Below are positions 1 through 10,245 of a DNA stretch of 64,000 bases, piece by piece. The notes below the pieces were generated by a model, which searched no databases, had not been told where the DNA came from, and worked only from the letters and a program-made list of their open reading frames with translations. Position numbers and translations under genes: made by a program. The DNA lies in assembly GCA_963737635.1 (NCBI GenBank), contig CAVTTL010000001.1, positions 44,999 through 108,998 of the forward strand, given 5' to 3'. Source of the DNA: an uncultured Methanoregulaceae archaeon. GTDB taxonomy: Archaea; Halobacteriota; Methanomicrobia; Methanomicrobiales; Methanospirillaceae. Position 1 is the stretch's first letter, and every line of letters begins with the position of its first letter.

Positions 1-89
1 TGGTGGTAGAGTGCCCCGAGTTTGATCCCGGCCTCAAAGATGGCCCGTTCACGATCGGTCGGCTCTTCTTCTGTCTCTGGCTGTCTCAT
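1..89 (-). CDS. mptD: 5' part of archaeal dihydroneopterin aldolase (DUF381/MptD family); runs off window edge
   Basis: Not in the ORF track. Manual translation from ATG at 89 gives MRQPETEEEPTDRERAIFEAGIKLGALYH, the family N-terminal motif; a GGGGGTGA RBS precedes the ATG. Confidence 0.75.
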   Translation of the reverse strand, partial: MRQPETEEEPTDRERAIFEAGIKLGALYH

Positions 90-103
90 TACGTTCACCC
101 CCC

Positions 104-2226
104 TCATATTAACTGGATAATGCCCTGTTTTGGCTCCATTGCCTCGCCATGCCGCAGGAGCATCTCAATACCTTCCCGTACCTTATCGGTAGCAAATCCC
201 CGCGCAGAAACCGCTTCGATCACCTGCTCGACAGCAGCGCGCCTACCCTCACCGCCAATTTCCCGGATCGCATCCTTGATGACCCGGACTATGTCGCGTT
301 TTTCCTTCGATATACCGGTCGCCACCTTGTCAATATCAAAGGTGCCGGTCTTTGCGTCGTACGCGATCTGGCGCAGGCAGGCATCGACGATATGGATCAC
401 GCGCTCTGCGTCCCCGGCTTCGATCGTATTCGACAGCCGGATCCGGGCGCTCGCCTCTGCAAGCCTGACCAGTGCCTCGAGCTGCCGGGCAGTCACTGGC
501 ACTGCCTTATTCGGCTCAGCGATCCCCCTGAGTCTAAGATAGTAACCGACCAGGGCCTCTTTTGCCTCCGCTGAGAGGATAGGAAAACAGGTGCGTTTGG
601 AGTACGCAACGTACTTCCGGAAGAGTGCAGGTTCGATGTCCGGCATCACCGGCTTGAGCTGCTGGTCGATAAACTCCTGCGTGATTCCGGGAATAGGTGT
701 CTTCCGGTGCTGGGCAATAAGCTCCCCAATCCCATGCGCCTTGAGAATATGCTCGGCGATCGCGAGATCCCGTTTCTGCTCCGGCTGGTCGGTCATGATG
801 AAAATCAGGTCAAAGCGCGAGAGAAGCGAAGGAGGCATGTTGATCTGATCGGCAATGTCGCCGTACATGTCGAAGCGCCCGTACTTCGGGTTTGCCGCCC
901 CGAGAAGGGCGCACCGGGACTTGAGCGTTGCGGTAATCCCGGCCTTTGCGACGCTGATGGACTGTTGTTCCATCGCCTCGTGCAGGGCAGACCGGTCCTC
1001 CTTTTGCATCTTATCCATCTCATCGACCGCGGCAATGCCCATGTCCGCGAGTACAAGAGCCCCCGCTTCCAGCGTCCAGCGCCCTTCCCCAAATTCGTCC
1101 TTGACAGCAGTAGCGGTAAGGCCGGCTGACGTTGATGACTGACCACTCGTATAGATCGCGCGCGGGGAGCACTTTACGATATAGCGCAGCAGCTGGCTTT
1201 TTGCAATACCCGGGTCCCCGATCAAAAGGACATGGATGTCGCCCCGCAGGTGGCTCCCGTCCGGCATCTCTTTTGCGATGCCGCCGAAAAGCTGGAGAGT
1301 GATCGCTTCCTTGACATCCTCATTGCCGTAAATAGTCGGGGCAATCGAATGGGTGACCATCCGGTAGATCATCGGGTCGGCGGAGAGTTTTTTAATCTCG
1401 TCTTCTGCCTTCTCGTCGATCTCAACCTCTTCGAACTCTTTTTCGGCGATCTCGATCGAGTTGCATTCAAGGAAGATGTCAAAGACGGTACTCTTCTCTC
1501 CCTTCACGATCCGCTGCATGGAACGGAGGATACCGTTGATAATCACGCGGTCTCCCGGTGCGACCATACCGGAGAGATCATCGGTCACATCGATGTCAAG
1601 GGTCTGCGGCTGTTCGCCGCCCCGCAGCCCCTCAGGAGATTCCTGCACCCTGAGTTTCTGGGAATCGACAAATGTGGAGCGTTTGGGGATCATCTCCAGT
1701 TTCTTGAACGTACAGCCGTCGGTTGCGCACCCTTCCGGCTCGATAAACTTGCCGTACTTCTGCGTTTTCTTGGTAAAGTGGCCGCCGGGCACCTGAAAAC
1801 CGCTTCCACGATCCGGGGACGCACTTCGGTAGTCTTCCGGAGAATACCCTCGACCGAGAGAAACCGGTTTATATCGTCAGACCTGATCTCGCGGATAGCG
1901 GTCTTCTGAGGGAGGTTGGTAAAACGGATATTGACGCCTTTTGGCTCTTTGCCATCCTTGGTCCGGATCAGCTGGTTGTTTTTGATTGCGTCCCAGACAT
2001 CCTCGAGCACCTTTCCGGGGTTCTCTAAGAGTTCATCGGCGAGCGTGATGCCCACCTTACCGAACCGTTCGATCTGCCGGTAATCAATCAAAAGTGAGCG
2101 CTTGTGCGGGTAGAGACGTGAGATCTCGCCAAGCTCTTTCTTGTACCGGCTTTTAAGGAACTTTCCCCAGTCGTCGGCCCGGTCTCCCTGGTGCAGTTCG
2201 GGTGCTTTTTCCATGGTTCCTCTCAC
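104..2226 (-). CDS. mcm: MCM replicative helicase (apparent 1-nt frameshift at ~1786)
   Basis: ORFs 1690-2226 and 104-1792 join to give the Zn-finger FRCPGGH...C, Walker [10 protein letters not shown], Walker B AAVDEMDK and arginine finger SRFD. One extra base at CCGG 1785-1788 restores the frame. No intein. Confidence 0.96.
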
Positions 2227-3197
2227 CGGTTCTTCGTGCTCGCCAGAACGAACCGCGCAATCAGCGCCTCCATCTGGATGTCGCTGCTTGCCCCTTCCGA
2301 GAGCCGGAAATCGGTCTCCCCAAGGGCATCGATCAGTTCCACTTTAAGTGTCCGGTCCATCACGCGTTTTATGAGGGCACGGTAACACTGGTTGATCAGT
2401 TCGTTCGGCGAGATCCCCCGCTCACGCAGCAGGTGCGTAAGGAGAGATTCAGCCCCATCAAAATCACATTCCAGCGCTCGTTTCAGGAGATCCTCGATCT
2501 CGTCCGGCCGGGCATTGGAGGTGATTGCATAAACCCTAGAAGATTCGATCGTCGTACTAATGATTGCGGCACCCTGCAGGGCATTGATAGCTTTCCTCAT
2601 ATCGCCCTGCGCGATGTAGACTATCGCATCCATTGCATCGGGTGTCACCATCAGGTGTTCCTTTGCCGCGATCTTCGCGATCTCCTCTTTTATTGCGTCA
2701 GGTGCGAGCGGCCGGAACCGGTAGATCGCACACCGGCTCTGGATGGGGTCGATGATCTTCGACGAGTAATTACAAGAGAGGATAAACCGGCAGGTTCTTG
2801 CGTAGCTTTCCATAGTCCTGCGCAGCGCAGCCTGGGCGTCAGTCGTAAGCGCATCGGCCTCGTCCAGGAACAGGATCTTGAATGCCGCGTCCTCGGCAGG
2901 CCGGGTCCGGGCAAACTCCTTGATCTGGTTGCGCACCACATCGATACCCCGTTCATCGGACGCATTGAGTTCGCGGAAATTCATCTGCCACGAAGAACCG
3001 AAAAACTCCCGGGCAAGAGTACCCGCGGCAGTCGTTTTCCCTACCCCTGCGCTCCCGGTAAAAAGGAGATGGGGAAGGTTTCCCGATTTTACATAGGATG
3101 AGAGCCGTTCGACAATATCGTCCTGCCCGACAATATCGGCGAGTCTTGCCGGCCGGTATTTTTCTATCCAGATGGTGTGGGTCTCATCCATGCGCAT
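2223..3197 (-). CDS. rfcS: Replication factor C small subunit
   Basis: [30 protein letters not shown] and SRC motifs. Start at ATG 3197 or 3191 is more likely than the ORF-track start. 4-nt overlap with mcm. Confidence 0.96.
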   Translation of the reverse strand: MRMDETHTIWIEKYRPARLADIVGQDDIVERLSSYVKSGNLPHLLFTGSAGVGKTTAAGTLAREFFGSSWQMNFRELNASDERGIDVVRNQIKEFARTRPAEDAAFKILFLDEADALTTDAQAALRRTMESYARTCRFILSCNYSSKIIDPIQSRCAIYRFRPLAPDAIKEEIAKIAAKEHLMVTPDAMDAIVYIAQGDMRKAINALQGAAIISTTIESSRVYAITSNARPDEIEDLLKRALECDFDGAESLLTHLLRERGISPNELINQCYRALIKRVMDRTLKVELIDALGETDFRLSEGASSDIQMEALIARFVLASTKNR

Positions 3198-3333
3198 CAA
3201 CCTGTGTTTAGATTGTCTTTTGGGTATGTTTGATTTTCCTGCCAAAAAATCCGGGCTGCCGGGTTGTATTCCCCAGCTCCAAAAAGATCCGGTAAGCAAT
3301 CACTAAAATGTCATAATCTTTATCATAAGCGTT

Positions 3334-4362
3334 TTGAAATTACTTTCCATGCTACCAAACCGAATTTCCCTTGTTTTTCTCCTGCTTGTATTTCTTATCA
3401 TGGGTCCTGTCCACGCAAGCCTGGCAAAGGTCGCTCCCAATGCACCGATATTTATTGGTGAACAAAATATCGACATCTCGGCGTGCCTGAACGGGCATAC
3501 GGTAATCGCATGGTGGCCGGCAGGCGCGGATCTGAGCACTAATCCATCCCAAACCATAACGATCTCCGGAAGTCCCACCTCGTTTTATGTCGATCCTGCC
3601 CTTTTTACCGGCTATACCGGCACCTGGTATTCCCACGATGCAAAACCGGACATTCCGGTCTTTGTCGTGTACCAGCCTCAGTTCAACCTCTCGATCTGGG
3701 ATGTAGACACGAATACGGATATCACCGGCCAATCGGTCCCGATGTCCACGAATATCACCTACCGGATCGATACAAACCTGTACATGGCGTTCAACTATAC
3801 GTTACGCCCGAATGCCAATCCTACAGACACCTTCTACACGGTTACTCTTACCTCACCATTAGGTGCAAGTATCACACAGATCCTGACCGGAAATATCGGG
3901 AACTCAAAAACCCAGTTCCTCCCGTTTGACGGCAATCCGACGATCACATCCTCACCGTACTTTTGGAAAAACGGGCAGGCATGGGACCATACTGCCATAG
4001 GCGCTGACGGTAACAGCATCTATCCGGCAGGCACCTATACGTTCGTCGCTTCGCAGAACCTTAACGGCATGAGTGGCAGTTATAGTGGTGCTGCCGCTGT
4101 CGGTAACGTGACCAGCGGGAACAGAACGATCACCTTTGTCGGCGCTGCCTACCCCACGCAAACAACGGTCGTGCCGAGTCTGACGGCGCCAACAATGACG
4201 ACAACAGAGGTCAAAACGGTGCAGACACCTGCTCAGGCAACCGTGCAACAAACGGCAACGGTCATACCTAAAAAGACGACCTATTCCCCGCTGCCTGAAG
4301 GAATTGCGGTCATGAGCGTCGGCATTGCGGCGTTGATTCTTGCAACGAGACGGAAGTATTAA
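3334..4362 (+). CDS. DUF3821-like secreted cell-surface glycoprotein with C-terminal anchor
   Basis: Signal peptide, IFIGEQNIDIS N-terminal motif, Thr-rich linker, SPL + hydrophobic helix + RRK tail, several N-x-S/T sequons. Confidence 0.7.
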   Translation: MKLLSMLPNRISLVFLLLVFLIMGPVHASLAKVAPNAPIFIGEQNIDISACLNGHTVIAWWPAGADLSTNPSQTITISGSPTSFYVDPALFTGYTGTWYSHDAKPDIPVFVVYQPQFNLSIWDVDTNTDITGQSVPMSTNITYRIDTNLYMAFNYTLRPNANPTDTFYTVTLTSPLGASITQILTGNIGNSKTQFLPFDGNPTITSSPYFWKNGQAWDHTAIGADGNSIYPAGTYTFVASQNLNGMSGSYSGAAAVGNVTSGNRTITFVGAAYPTQTTVVPSLTAPTMTTTEVKTVQTPAQATVQQTATVIPKKTTYSPLPEGIAVMSVGIAALILATRRKY

Positions 4363-4388
4363 TCTTCAAAATCTCCTCTTTTTAACAG

Positions 4389-4921
4389 ATGAGTAAGAAC
4401 AAAACCAAAAGCCGGAAACCTGACCGGAGAAAAAGAGGATCTCACGAAAAATCGTTATTGCGATCTGTGCCGTGCTTCTTGTCTGCATTGTTGCAACTGC
4501 GGGTTTCCTTCTTATAAGACAGGGCCCTCTTTCCCCGGCACCAGCGGGTAATGCCACGAACCCTGTTAACACCGCGGGAGAATATTATTGCATGAGCGTT
4601 GACCTCGCATACGCCGGGAATTATAGTGAAGCACTTCGGGACGCCGATTTTGCCCTCGCACAAAATGTGAGTTCGCTGACTCCCATCATCCAGTCGAATC
4701 GTGCAGGAATCCTTGTGGAACTTGGCCGCTACAATGATGCGATAGACGCAGCGGATGTAGCTATTAACGCCAACGGGAACCTGACAACCCTGAAAACTAT
4801 TGCATGGTACTGGAAGGCACGCGCACTTCAGGAACTAAACATGACGTCAGAGGCAACAGCCGCTTTTGCCAATGCATCGGCCCTCGATCCGATCCACAAG
4901 ATTATTCCCGACCATTTATAG
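4389..4921 (+). CDS. Membrane-anchored TPR protein (apparent frameshift at ~4425)
   Basis: ATG 4389 gives MSKNKTKSRKPD; adding one C at CCGG 4424-4427 joins it to PEKKRISRKIVIAICAVLL, then a TM helix and TPR-like repeats (YSEALRDADFAL, YNDAIDAADVAI, WYWKARALQEL). Confidence 0.7.
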
Positions 4922-5159
4922 TGAATGGGGCCAACGACATGGCACATACATCCGGAGATATGTCTCCGGGTGATCCATCGCCTGTCCTTTTTTCCCTGAT
5001 TCTGCCGGCTTTCATAAAAACATCAGATAATGAACGAGTGCTGTACCATTGTTGAGAATCCCTCTATCGCGTGCGGCACCGGCCCTGTTTGTCCATCTTC
5101 GGCCGTTTATCAACGCCTATACCTTGAATACCTCTCTTTTGTAAGTACTACTCACAACC

Positions 5160-5933
5160 ATGGAAGGTGCAGCCCGCGTTTTTGCCGGAGATTTTGCCGG
5201 CTCGACCCTTACCGAGCCCGATGAAAACTCAGGAAGTACGGCATGGGTAGTGACCCCGGGCGGGACATGGTGCCGATCGGTCTACCTGTGCGGGGTACTT
5301 ACCGAAGTTAACGAGATCGCAGATGTCCTATACTGTCGGCTCGCCGATCCAACCGGTGCATTCGACCTTGTCGCAGGGACCAAGCGGGGACCGGTCGCGG
5401 AACAGATCCGTGGCCTCCCGGTCCCGTCCTTTGTAGCCGTTACGGGTACAGCCCGGCTGGACCGGAAGAACGGGGGCTGGGCGATGTGGGTCAGGCCTGA
5501 ATATATCCAGGAAATCGACAAGGCAAGCCGCGACCGGTGGATCATTTCGACTGCGGATATGACCATTGCCCGGCTTGAACTGCTCCTTGCAGCCCTTGAA
5601 GGACAATCAGACGATGAACGGGCACACCGCGTTGTCCGACACTACGGTCTTACCCGGGCAGGGATCCGATCTATGGTCGCGATGATCGAGGGTGCGCTTG
5701 CCGGCGTCCGTACTATTCCGGAAGCACCGCCGGTTGCTGAAACCGATATAAGCGGAACGATCATGGAGATTATCAGCACAAAAAGCGGCCCCCGGGGTGT
5801 GGCCGTACAGGACGTTATCGATGAAGCGGCTTGCCGAGGGTATACCCAGGCAGCAGTTCTCACCGCTATCGAAACCCTCATCACCAACGACGATTGTTAC
5901 CAACCCCAGAAAGGATATGTAAAACCGTTATGA
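5160..5933 (+). CDS. RPA-associated OB-fold protein (COG3390-like) with C-terminal winged helix
   Basis: ARVFAGDF, VVTPGG, RLADPTGAF and VRPE motifs typical of the euryarchaeal RPA-associated family. Confidence 0.75.
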   Translation: MEGAARVFAGDFAGSTLTEPDENSGSTAWVVTPGGTWCRSVYLCGVLTEVNEIADVLYCRLADPTGAFDLVAGTKRGPVAEQIRGLPVPSFVAVTGTARLDRKNGGWAMWVRPEYIQEIDKASRDRWIISTADMTIARLELLLAALEGQSDDERAHRVVRHYGLTRAGIRSMVAMIEGALAGVRTIPEAPPVAETDISGTIMEIISTKSGPRGVAVQDVIDEAACRGYTQAAVLTAIETLITNDDCYQPQKGYVKPL

Positions 5934-6715
5934 GAATGGAGTTTATCAGGGACGGCCCGGCGCTTATAATAGAGAACACCGAGCGGCTGCTCATCGTTGC
6001 CGATCTCCATTTCGGGATTGAAGCCGATCTGGCTGCACACGGTATGCATTTCCGGAGCCACAGCACCCAACGGCTCGCCCGGCTTATGCAGACCCTGGAG
6101 GCAACAAAGCCGGACCGGCTTGTCCTCCTTGGTGACGTCAAACACAGCATCCCTTCGCTCACCAGGCAGGAATGGGCGGAGATCCCAGGAATCCTCGATA
6201 CCATCCGGCACCGGATCCCGATCCTTGTCTTCCCGGGAAACCACGATATCGGTATCGAGCGGTTTCTTCTCAAAGGCGAGCTCCAGCCAAAAGAGGGGGC
6301 GGTCATTGACGGCGTTGCGTATTTCCACGGCCATACCTACCCTGCCCCGGAGCTTGGCGGCCATCTCCTCGTCACCGGTCATCACCACCCGCAGGTCAGC
6401 CTGCACGATCAGGTAGGGTGCTCTCTCCAGGCTCCGGCATATTTGCGGGCGACCATTGACGCAGCGGCGCTCGGCCTCAAAACACCGGAAGAAAACAGTA
6501 CTCCCCGGGCCCTGTTCGTGCCCGCGTTCAACGAGATTGCCGGCTACGATATCGTCCGGATCGCCCGCGATCCTTTCTCGCCCATCTCCCGGTGCATGAA
6601 GATGGAGGATGCCGAGGTCATCCTTGCCGATGGTTCATACATAGGGCCGCTTTCATTGCTGCTCGAAGACGATAATACGGACGAGAGACCGGGGAAGGGT
6701 CGCCATGGTGCTTGA
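5930..6715 (+). CDS. Calcineurin-like metallophosphoesterase (COG1407-like)
   Basis: VADLHFG, LLGDVKH, PGNHD, FHGH and GHHHP metal-binding motifs. Start at ATG 5930 overlaps the previous stop (ATGA). Confidence 0.9.
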   Translation: MRMEFIRDGPALIIENTERLLIVADLHFGIEADLAAHGMHFRSHSTQRLARLMQTLEATKPDRLVLLGDVKHSIPSLTRQEWAEIPGILDTIRHRIPILVFPGNHDIGIERFLLKGELQPKEGAVIDGVAYFHGHTYPAPELGGHLLVTGHHHPQVSLHDQVGCSLQAPAYLRATIDAAALGLKTPEENSTPRALFVPAFNEIAGYDIVRIARDPFSPISRCMKMEDAEVILADGSYIGPLSLLLEDDNTDERPGKGRHGA

Positions 6716-9398
6716 GCTCCTTCACGAACAGGTCCGCGATGGCATCGGGAAGCGAGGATTCTCACAGCTCTCCCCGGCACAGGAGCAGGCAATCCCCCTT
6801 ATCCTCGAAGAGAAAAACCTCGTCCTGATCGCACCAACCGGCACCGGCAAGACCGAGAGCGCAATGTTCCCGGTCTTTGACGCGCTCCTGAAGATGCCGC
6901 CGGGCGGGGGGTTCAAGGCACTGTACGTGACCCCCCTGCGCTCCCTTAACCGGGACATCCTCGCCCGGATGGAGTGGTGGTGTCGCGAGCTCGGCCTCAC
7001 CGTTGGTGTCCGCCACGGGGACACCCCGCTCAACGAACGCCGGAAACAGGCGCTCTCCCCGCCCGATCTTCTCATCACCACCCCGGAGACGCTCCAGGCG
7101 ATCTTTATGGGGAAAAGGCTCCGCCAGCATCTCAAACACGTGCGATTTGTGATCATTGACGAAATCCACGAGATGGCCGCAAGCAAGCGGGGCGCACAGC
7201 TGGCAGTGGCGCTCGAACGCATTGTAGAATACGCCGGCGAATTCCAGCGCATCGGGCTTTCGGCGACCGTCGGCAACCCGGAGACCATCGCCCGGTTCCT
7301 CTGTGGTACACGTTCCTGCGAGATCGTGCAGGTTCCGGTGGCAAAACAACTGGATATTTCCGTCAGTTTCGTCGGCGATGATTTCAAATACCAGGTACAG
7401 GCACTCGAACGGGCGCTCGATCGGGAAGGTTCAACGCTGGTCTTTGTCAACACCCGGGTGACTGCGGAAGCGCTCGGCCATGCCCTGTTCTCCCGGGGGG
7501 ACGTTGAAGTCCATCATGGTTCACTCTCCAAAGAAATCCGGATCGACGCTGAGGAGAGGTTCAAGAAAGGCGAGATCCGCACGCTCATCTGCACGTCGTC
7601 CATGGAACTCGGCATCGACATCGGCAGGGTCGACCACGTGATCCAGTTCGGTTCACCCCGCGAGGTGGCTCGGTTGGTGCAGCGTGTAGGACGGGCCGGT
7701 CATCAGCTCAACACCATCTCGCGCGGCACGATCCTTGCCACCGGTTTTGACGATCTGTTGGAGTCGCTCGTGATCACCCGGCGGGCGCAGGCAAACGAGA
7801 TCGAGCCGGTGGTGCCGGAAGCCCAGGCAGCAGATGTGCTGGCAAACCAGGTCGCGGCGATGGCCGTAGAGTACGGCGAGATCGAACGCTCCCGGATCCG
7901 GACGATTACCGGGCGCACATCCCTTTTTGCCAGCGCTGACCAGCTCCTCGACGACGTCTGTTCCCAACTCGAAGAGCACCGGCTTATCCGGATCGACGGT
8001 ACCCGGATCGTCACCACTTCACGCGCCCGGCGCTACCTCTCCAGCAACCTCTCGATGATCCATGATGAACGCAAGATCCCGGTCTACGATATGGTCTCGC
8101 GCCGGACCGTGGGAACGCTGGATGAATCGTTTGTCGTAGGCTGGGTGCATACCGGGGCGGTCTTCATCACCAAGGGCCAGCTCTGGCGGGTCCTGGACCT
8201 AAACGAGGGGCGGCTCACGGTCGAACCGGCGAAAAAAGCGATCGGTGAGCTCCCCTCGTGGGAGGGCGAACAGATACCAGTCCCGTTTGCCGTCGCCCGG
8301 GAAGCTGGTGCGATCCGGCGCGAACGCACTACCGGGCAGTACACCAAAGAAAAAGAGAGCATTGCGTTTGTTTCCCATGTCCTCTCCGAGATGGAGAAGA
8401 ACCGGTGCAGGATCCCGACAGACCGGCTCATCACGTTTGAGAATATCGACGATGGCGTGGTCTGCAATGTCTGCGCAGGCCACAAGGCTAACGAGGCGCT
8501 GGGCCGGGTGCTCTCGATTTTAATCTCGGCACGGTACGGGACAACCGTCGGGATCGAACTGGACGCATACCGGATCCTGCTGCGCCTGCCTTCCGCGGTC
8601 CGGGCCGCTGACGTCCGCGACTTCCTTTTATCCCTTGAACCCGCCCACATGCCCGGTATCCTCCGGCTCGCTCTCAAGCGCACGGCGCTCTTCAAGTGGA
8701 AACTGGTCCAGATCGCAAAAAAGTTTGGCGCGATTGACCCGGACGCTGATTACGAGAAGATCAGCATCCAGCGGCTGCTCGACTATTTCGATAATACCGT
8801 CGTCCAGCAAGAGGCATACCGCGAACTGCTTTCCGGGTATATGGATGTGGATGCCGCAGCACAGATCATAAGCCTCATCAAGACCGGCGAGATTGAAGTC
8901 GCCATCGGCCCTCACTCAATCATCGGCGCAGATGGCATCCTTTCTTCCCGGGATATGATCCCCCCGCCGACTGCAGACCAGGCCGTGCTTGCCACTCTGA
9001 AACGGCGGCTCGAGCAGGACGAAGTCATCCTTGCCTGCATGAACTGCCGGAGCTGGAAGAGCAAAACGGTTGTTTCCCGGGTGCCAGACGTCCCCCAGTG
9101 CCCCAAGTGCGGCGCCCGGCTGATCGCTGCCCTCAAACCGTACGAGGGGGATGCCTACGATATCGTCTCCAAGAAGAAAAAAACCGAGGAGGAAAAGGCC
9201 ATCGAACAACGCTTGTTTCGGAACGCGAACATCGTGCTTTCGAGCGGGAAAAAAGCAGTGATCGCGCTCTCGGCCCGGGGGGTAGGACCGGAGCATGCAT
9301 CCCGAATCCTTGCCACCCTTGCAGACGGCGATGCCTTTTACCGCGAGATCCTGAAAGCAGAGCGGACGTTCATCCAGACGCACCGGTACTGGGCATAA
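6705..9398 (+). CDS. lhr: Lhr-family SF2 helicase with C-terminal Cys-rich motif
   Basis: APTGTGKT, TTPETL, IIDEIHE, GLSAT, VHHGSL, SSMELGID and QRVGRAGH motifs; C-terminal CMNC...CPKC. Confidence 0.92.
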   Translation: MVLELLHEQVRDGIGKRGFSQLSPAQEQAIPLILEEKNLVLIAPTGTGKTESAMFPVFDALLKMPPGGGFKALYVTPLRSLNRDILARMEWWCRELGLTVGVRHGDTPLNERRKQALSPPDLLITTPETLQAIFMGKRLRQHLKHVRFVIIDEIHEMAASKRGAQLAVALERIVEYAGEFQRIGLSATVGNPETIARFLCGTRSCEIVQVPVAKQLDISVSFVGDDFKYQVQALERALDREGSTLVFVNTRVTAEALGHALFSRGDVEVHHGSLSKEIRIDAEERFKKGEIRTLICTSSMELGIDIGRVDHVIQFGSPREVARLVQRVGRAGHQLNTISRGTILATGFDDLLESLVITRRAQANEIEPVVPEAQAADVLANQVAAMAVEYGEIERSRIRTITGRTSLFASADQLLDDVCSQLEEHRLIRIDGTRIVTTSRARRYLSSNLSMIHDERKIPVYDMVSRRTVGTLDESFVVGWVHTGAVFITKGQLWRVLDLNEGRLTVEPAKKAIGELPSWEGEQIPVPFAVAREAGAIRRERTTGQYTKEKESIAFVSHVLSEMEKNRCRIPTDRLITFENIDDGVVCNVCAGHKANEALGRVLSILISARYGTTVGIELDAYRILLRLPSAVRAADVRDFLLSLEPAHMPGILRLALKRTALFKWKLVQIAKKFGAIDPDADYEKISIQRLLDYFDNTVVQQEAYRELLSGYMDVDAAAQIISLIKTGEIEVAIGPHSIIGADGILSSRDMIPPPTADQAVLATLKRRLEQDEVILACMNCRSWKSKTVVSRVPDVPQCPKCGARLIAALKPYEGDAYDIVSKKKKTEEEKAIEQRLFRNANIVLSSGKKAVIALSARGVGPEHASRILATLADGDAFYREILKAERTFIQTHRYWA

Positions 9399-9527
9399 GG
9401 TTTCCCGGACGGTGCTACCCCAATACGTTTTACCCGATAGTACTTCGTGAAAGGTCCACCGGGATAATCAGTGCAAAGGAAATTCGTAAAAAAAGAGATT
9501 CGTGGTGCAGGTACGCCGGCACCCGTA

Positions 9528-10082
9528 TTACATAATGCTTTCGAGTTTCTGTTCGAGGAAATCGAGGCCTTTCTTGATATCGTCGAGGTTCTTGCCACCG
9601 GTCAGGATAATCTTTCCCGAAGAGAAGAGGAGTGCGACAATTTTCGGGTCCTTGATCCGGTATACGAGGCCCGGGAACTGCTCTGGTTCATACTCGATGT
9701 TTTCGAGATTGAGAGTCACAACGACCTTGTTGAGGTTGATATATTTGCCAATGTCGTAGGAGCAGACGATATTGGTGATCGAAACCCGGGGCTTATCCAG
9801 CGTTTTCACCCCCGCCTGCTTCAGGGACTTGATGATGATGGCAAGCCCGTCTTTTAACGCCTTGTCGTCCCGGATACCGGTGAGCACAACTTTACCCGAG
9901 GAGAAGATCAGGGATGCGATCTTGGGATTCTCGATACGGTATACGGCACCGGGGAACCTCTTGGTATTGAGCTCGCAGCTCTTGATCTTGCTTGAAACCT
10001 CGTTGAGATCAATGGACTCGGCGATGACTCCTGAAGCCACGACATTCTCAATTTTTAATGAATCATACCGTTTGTCAGCCAT
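9528..10082 (-). CDS. tbp: TATA-box-binding protein
   Basis: Two direct repeats (IENVVAS...FPGAVYRI...IFSSGKVVLTG and ITNIVCS...YEPEQFPGLVYRI...LFSSGKIILTG). Confidence 0.97.
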   Translation of the reverse strand: MADKRYDSLKIENVVASGVIAESIDLNEVSSKIKSCELNTKRFPGAVYRIENPKIASLIFSSGKVVLTGIRDDKALKDGLAIIIKSLKQAGVKTLDKPRVSITNIVCSYDIGKYINLNKVVVTLNLENIEYEPEQFPGLVYRIKDPKIVALLFSSGKIILTGGKNLDDIKKGLDFLEQKLESIM

Positions 10083-10245
10083 CCTGTATACTATGAAGTG
10101 TGTCGAATCATAATACTAATGGGGAACCTTTATGTCCCCTACCTGTTCTCTGACGGGAGGCCGCAGCGGGAGCGAACGCCTGCACAAAAACTGCCCGGGA
10201 CCGCTCTTCTCAAAAGCTAAAGGACAGCATTGAAATGGAAATACC

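Noticed and set aside
1781-1795. Programmed ribosomal frameshifting in mcm, nrdD, sixA and others
   Set aside because: No X-XXY-YYZ slippery heptamers at the breaks; the number of cases and their motif bias fit sequencing error better.
104-3197. Inteins in MCM or RFC
   Set aside because: Both have normal length, with no Cys/Ser...His-Asn splice junctions or LAGLIDADG insert.
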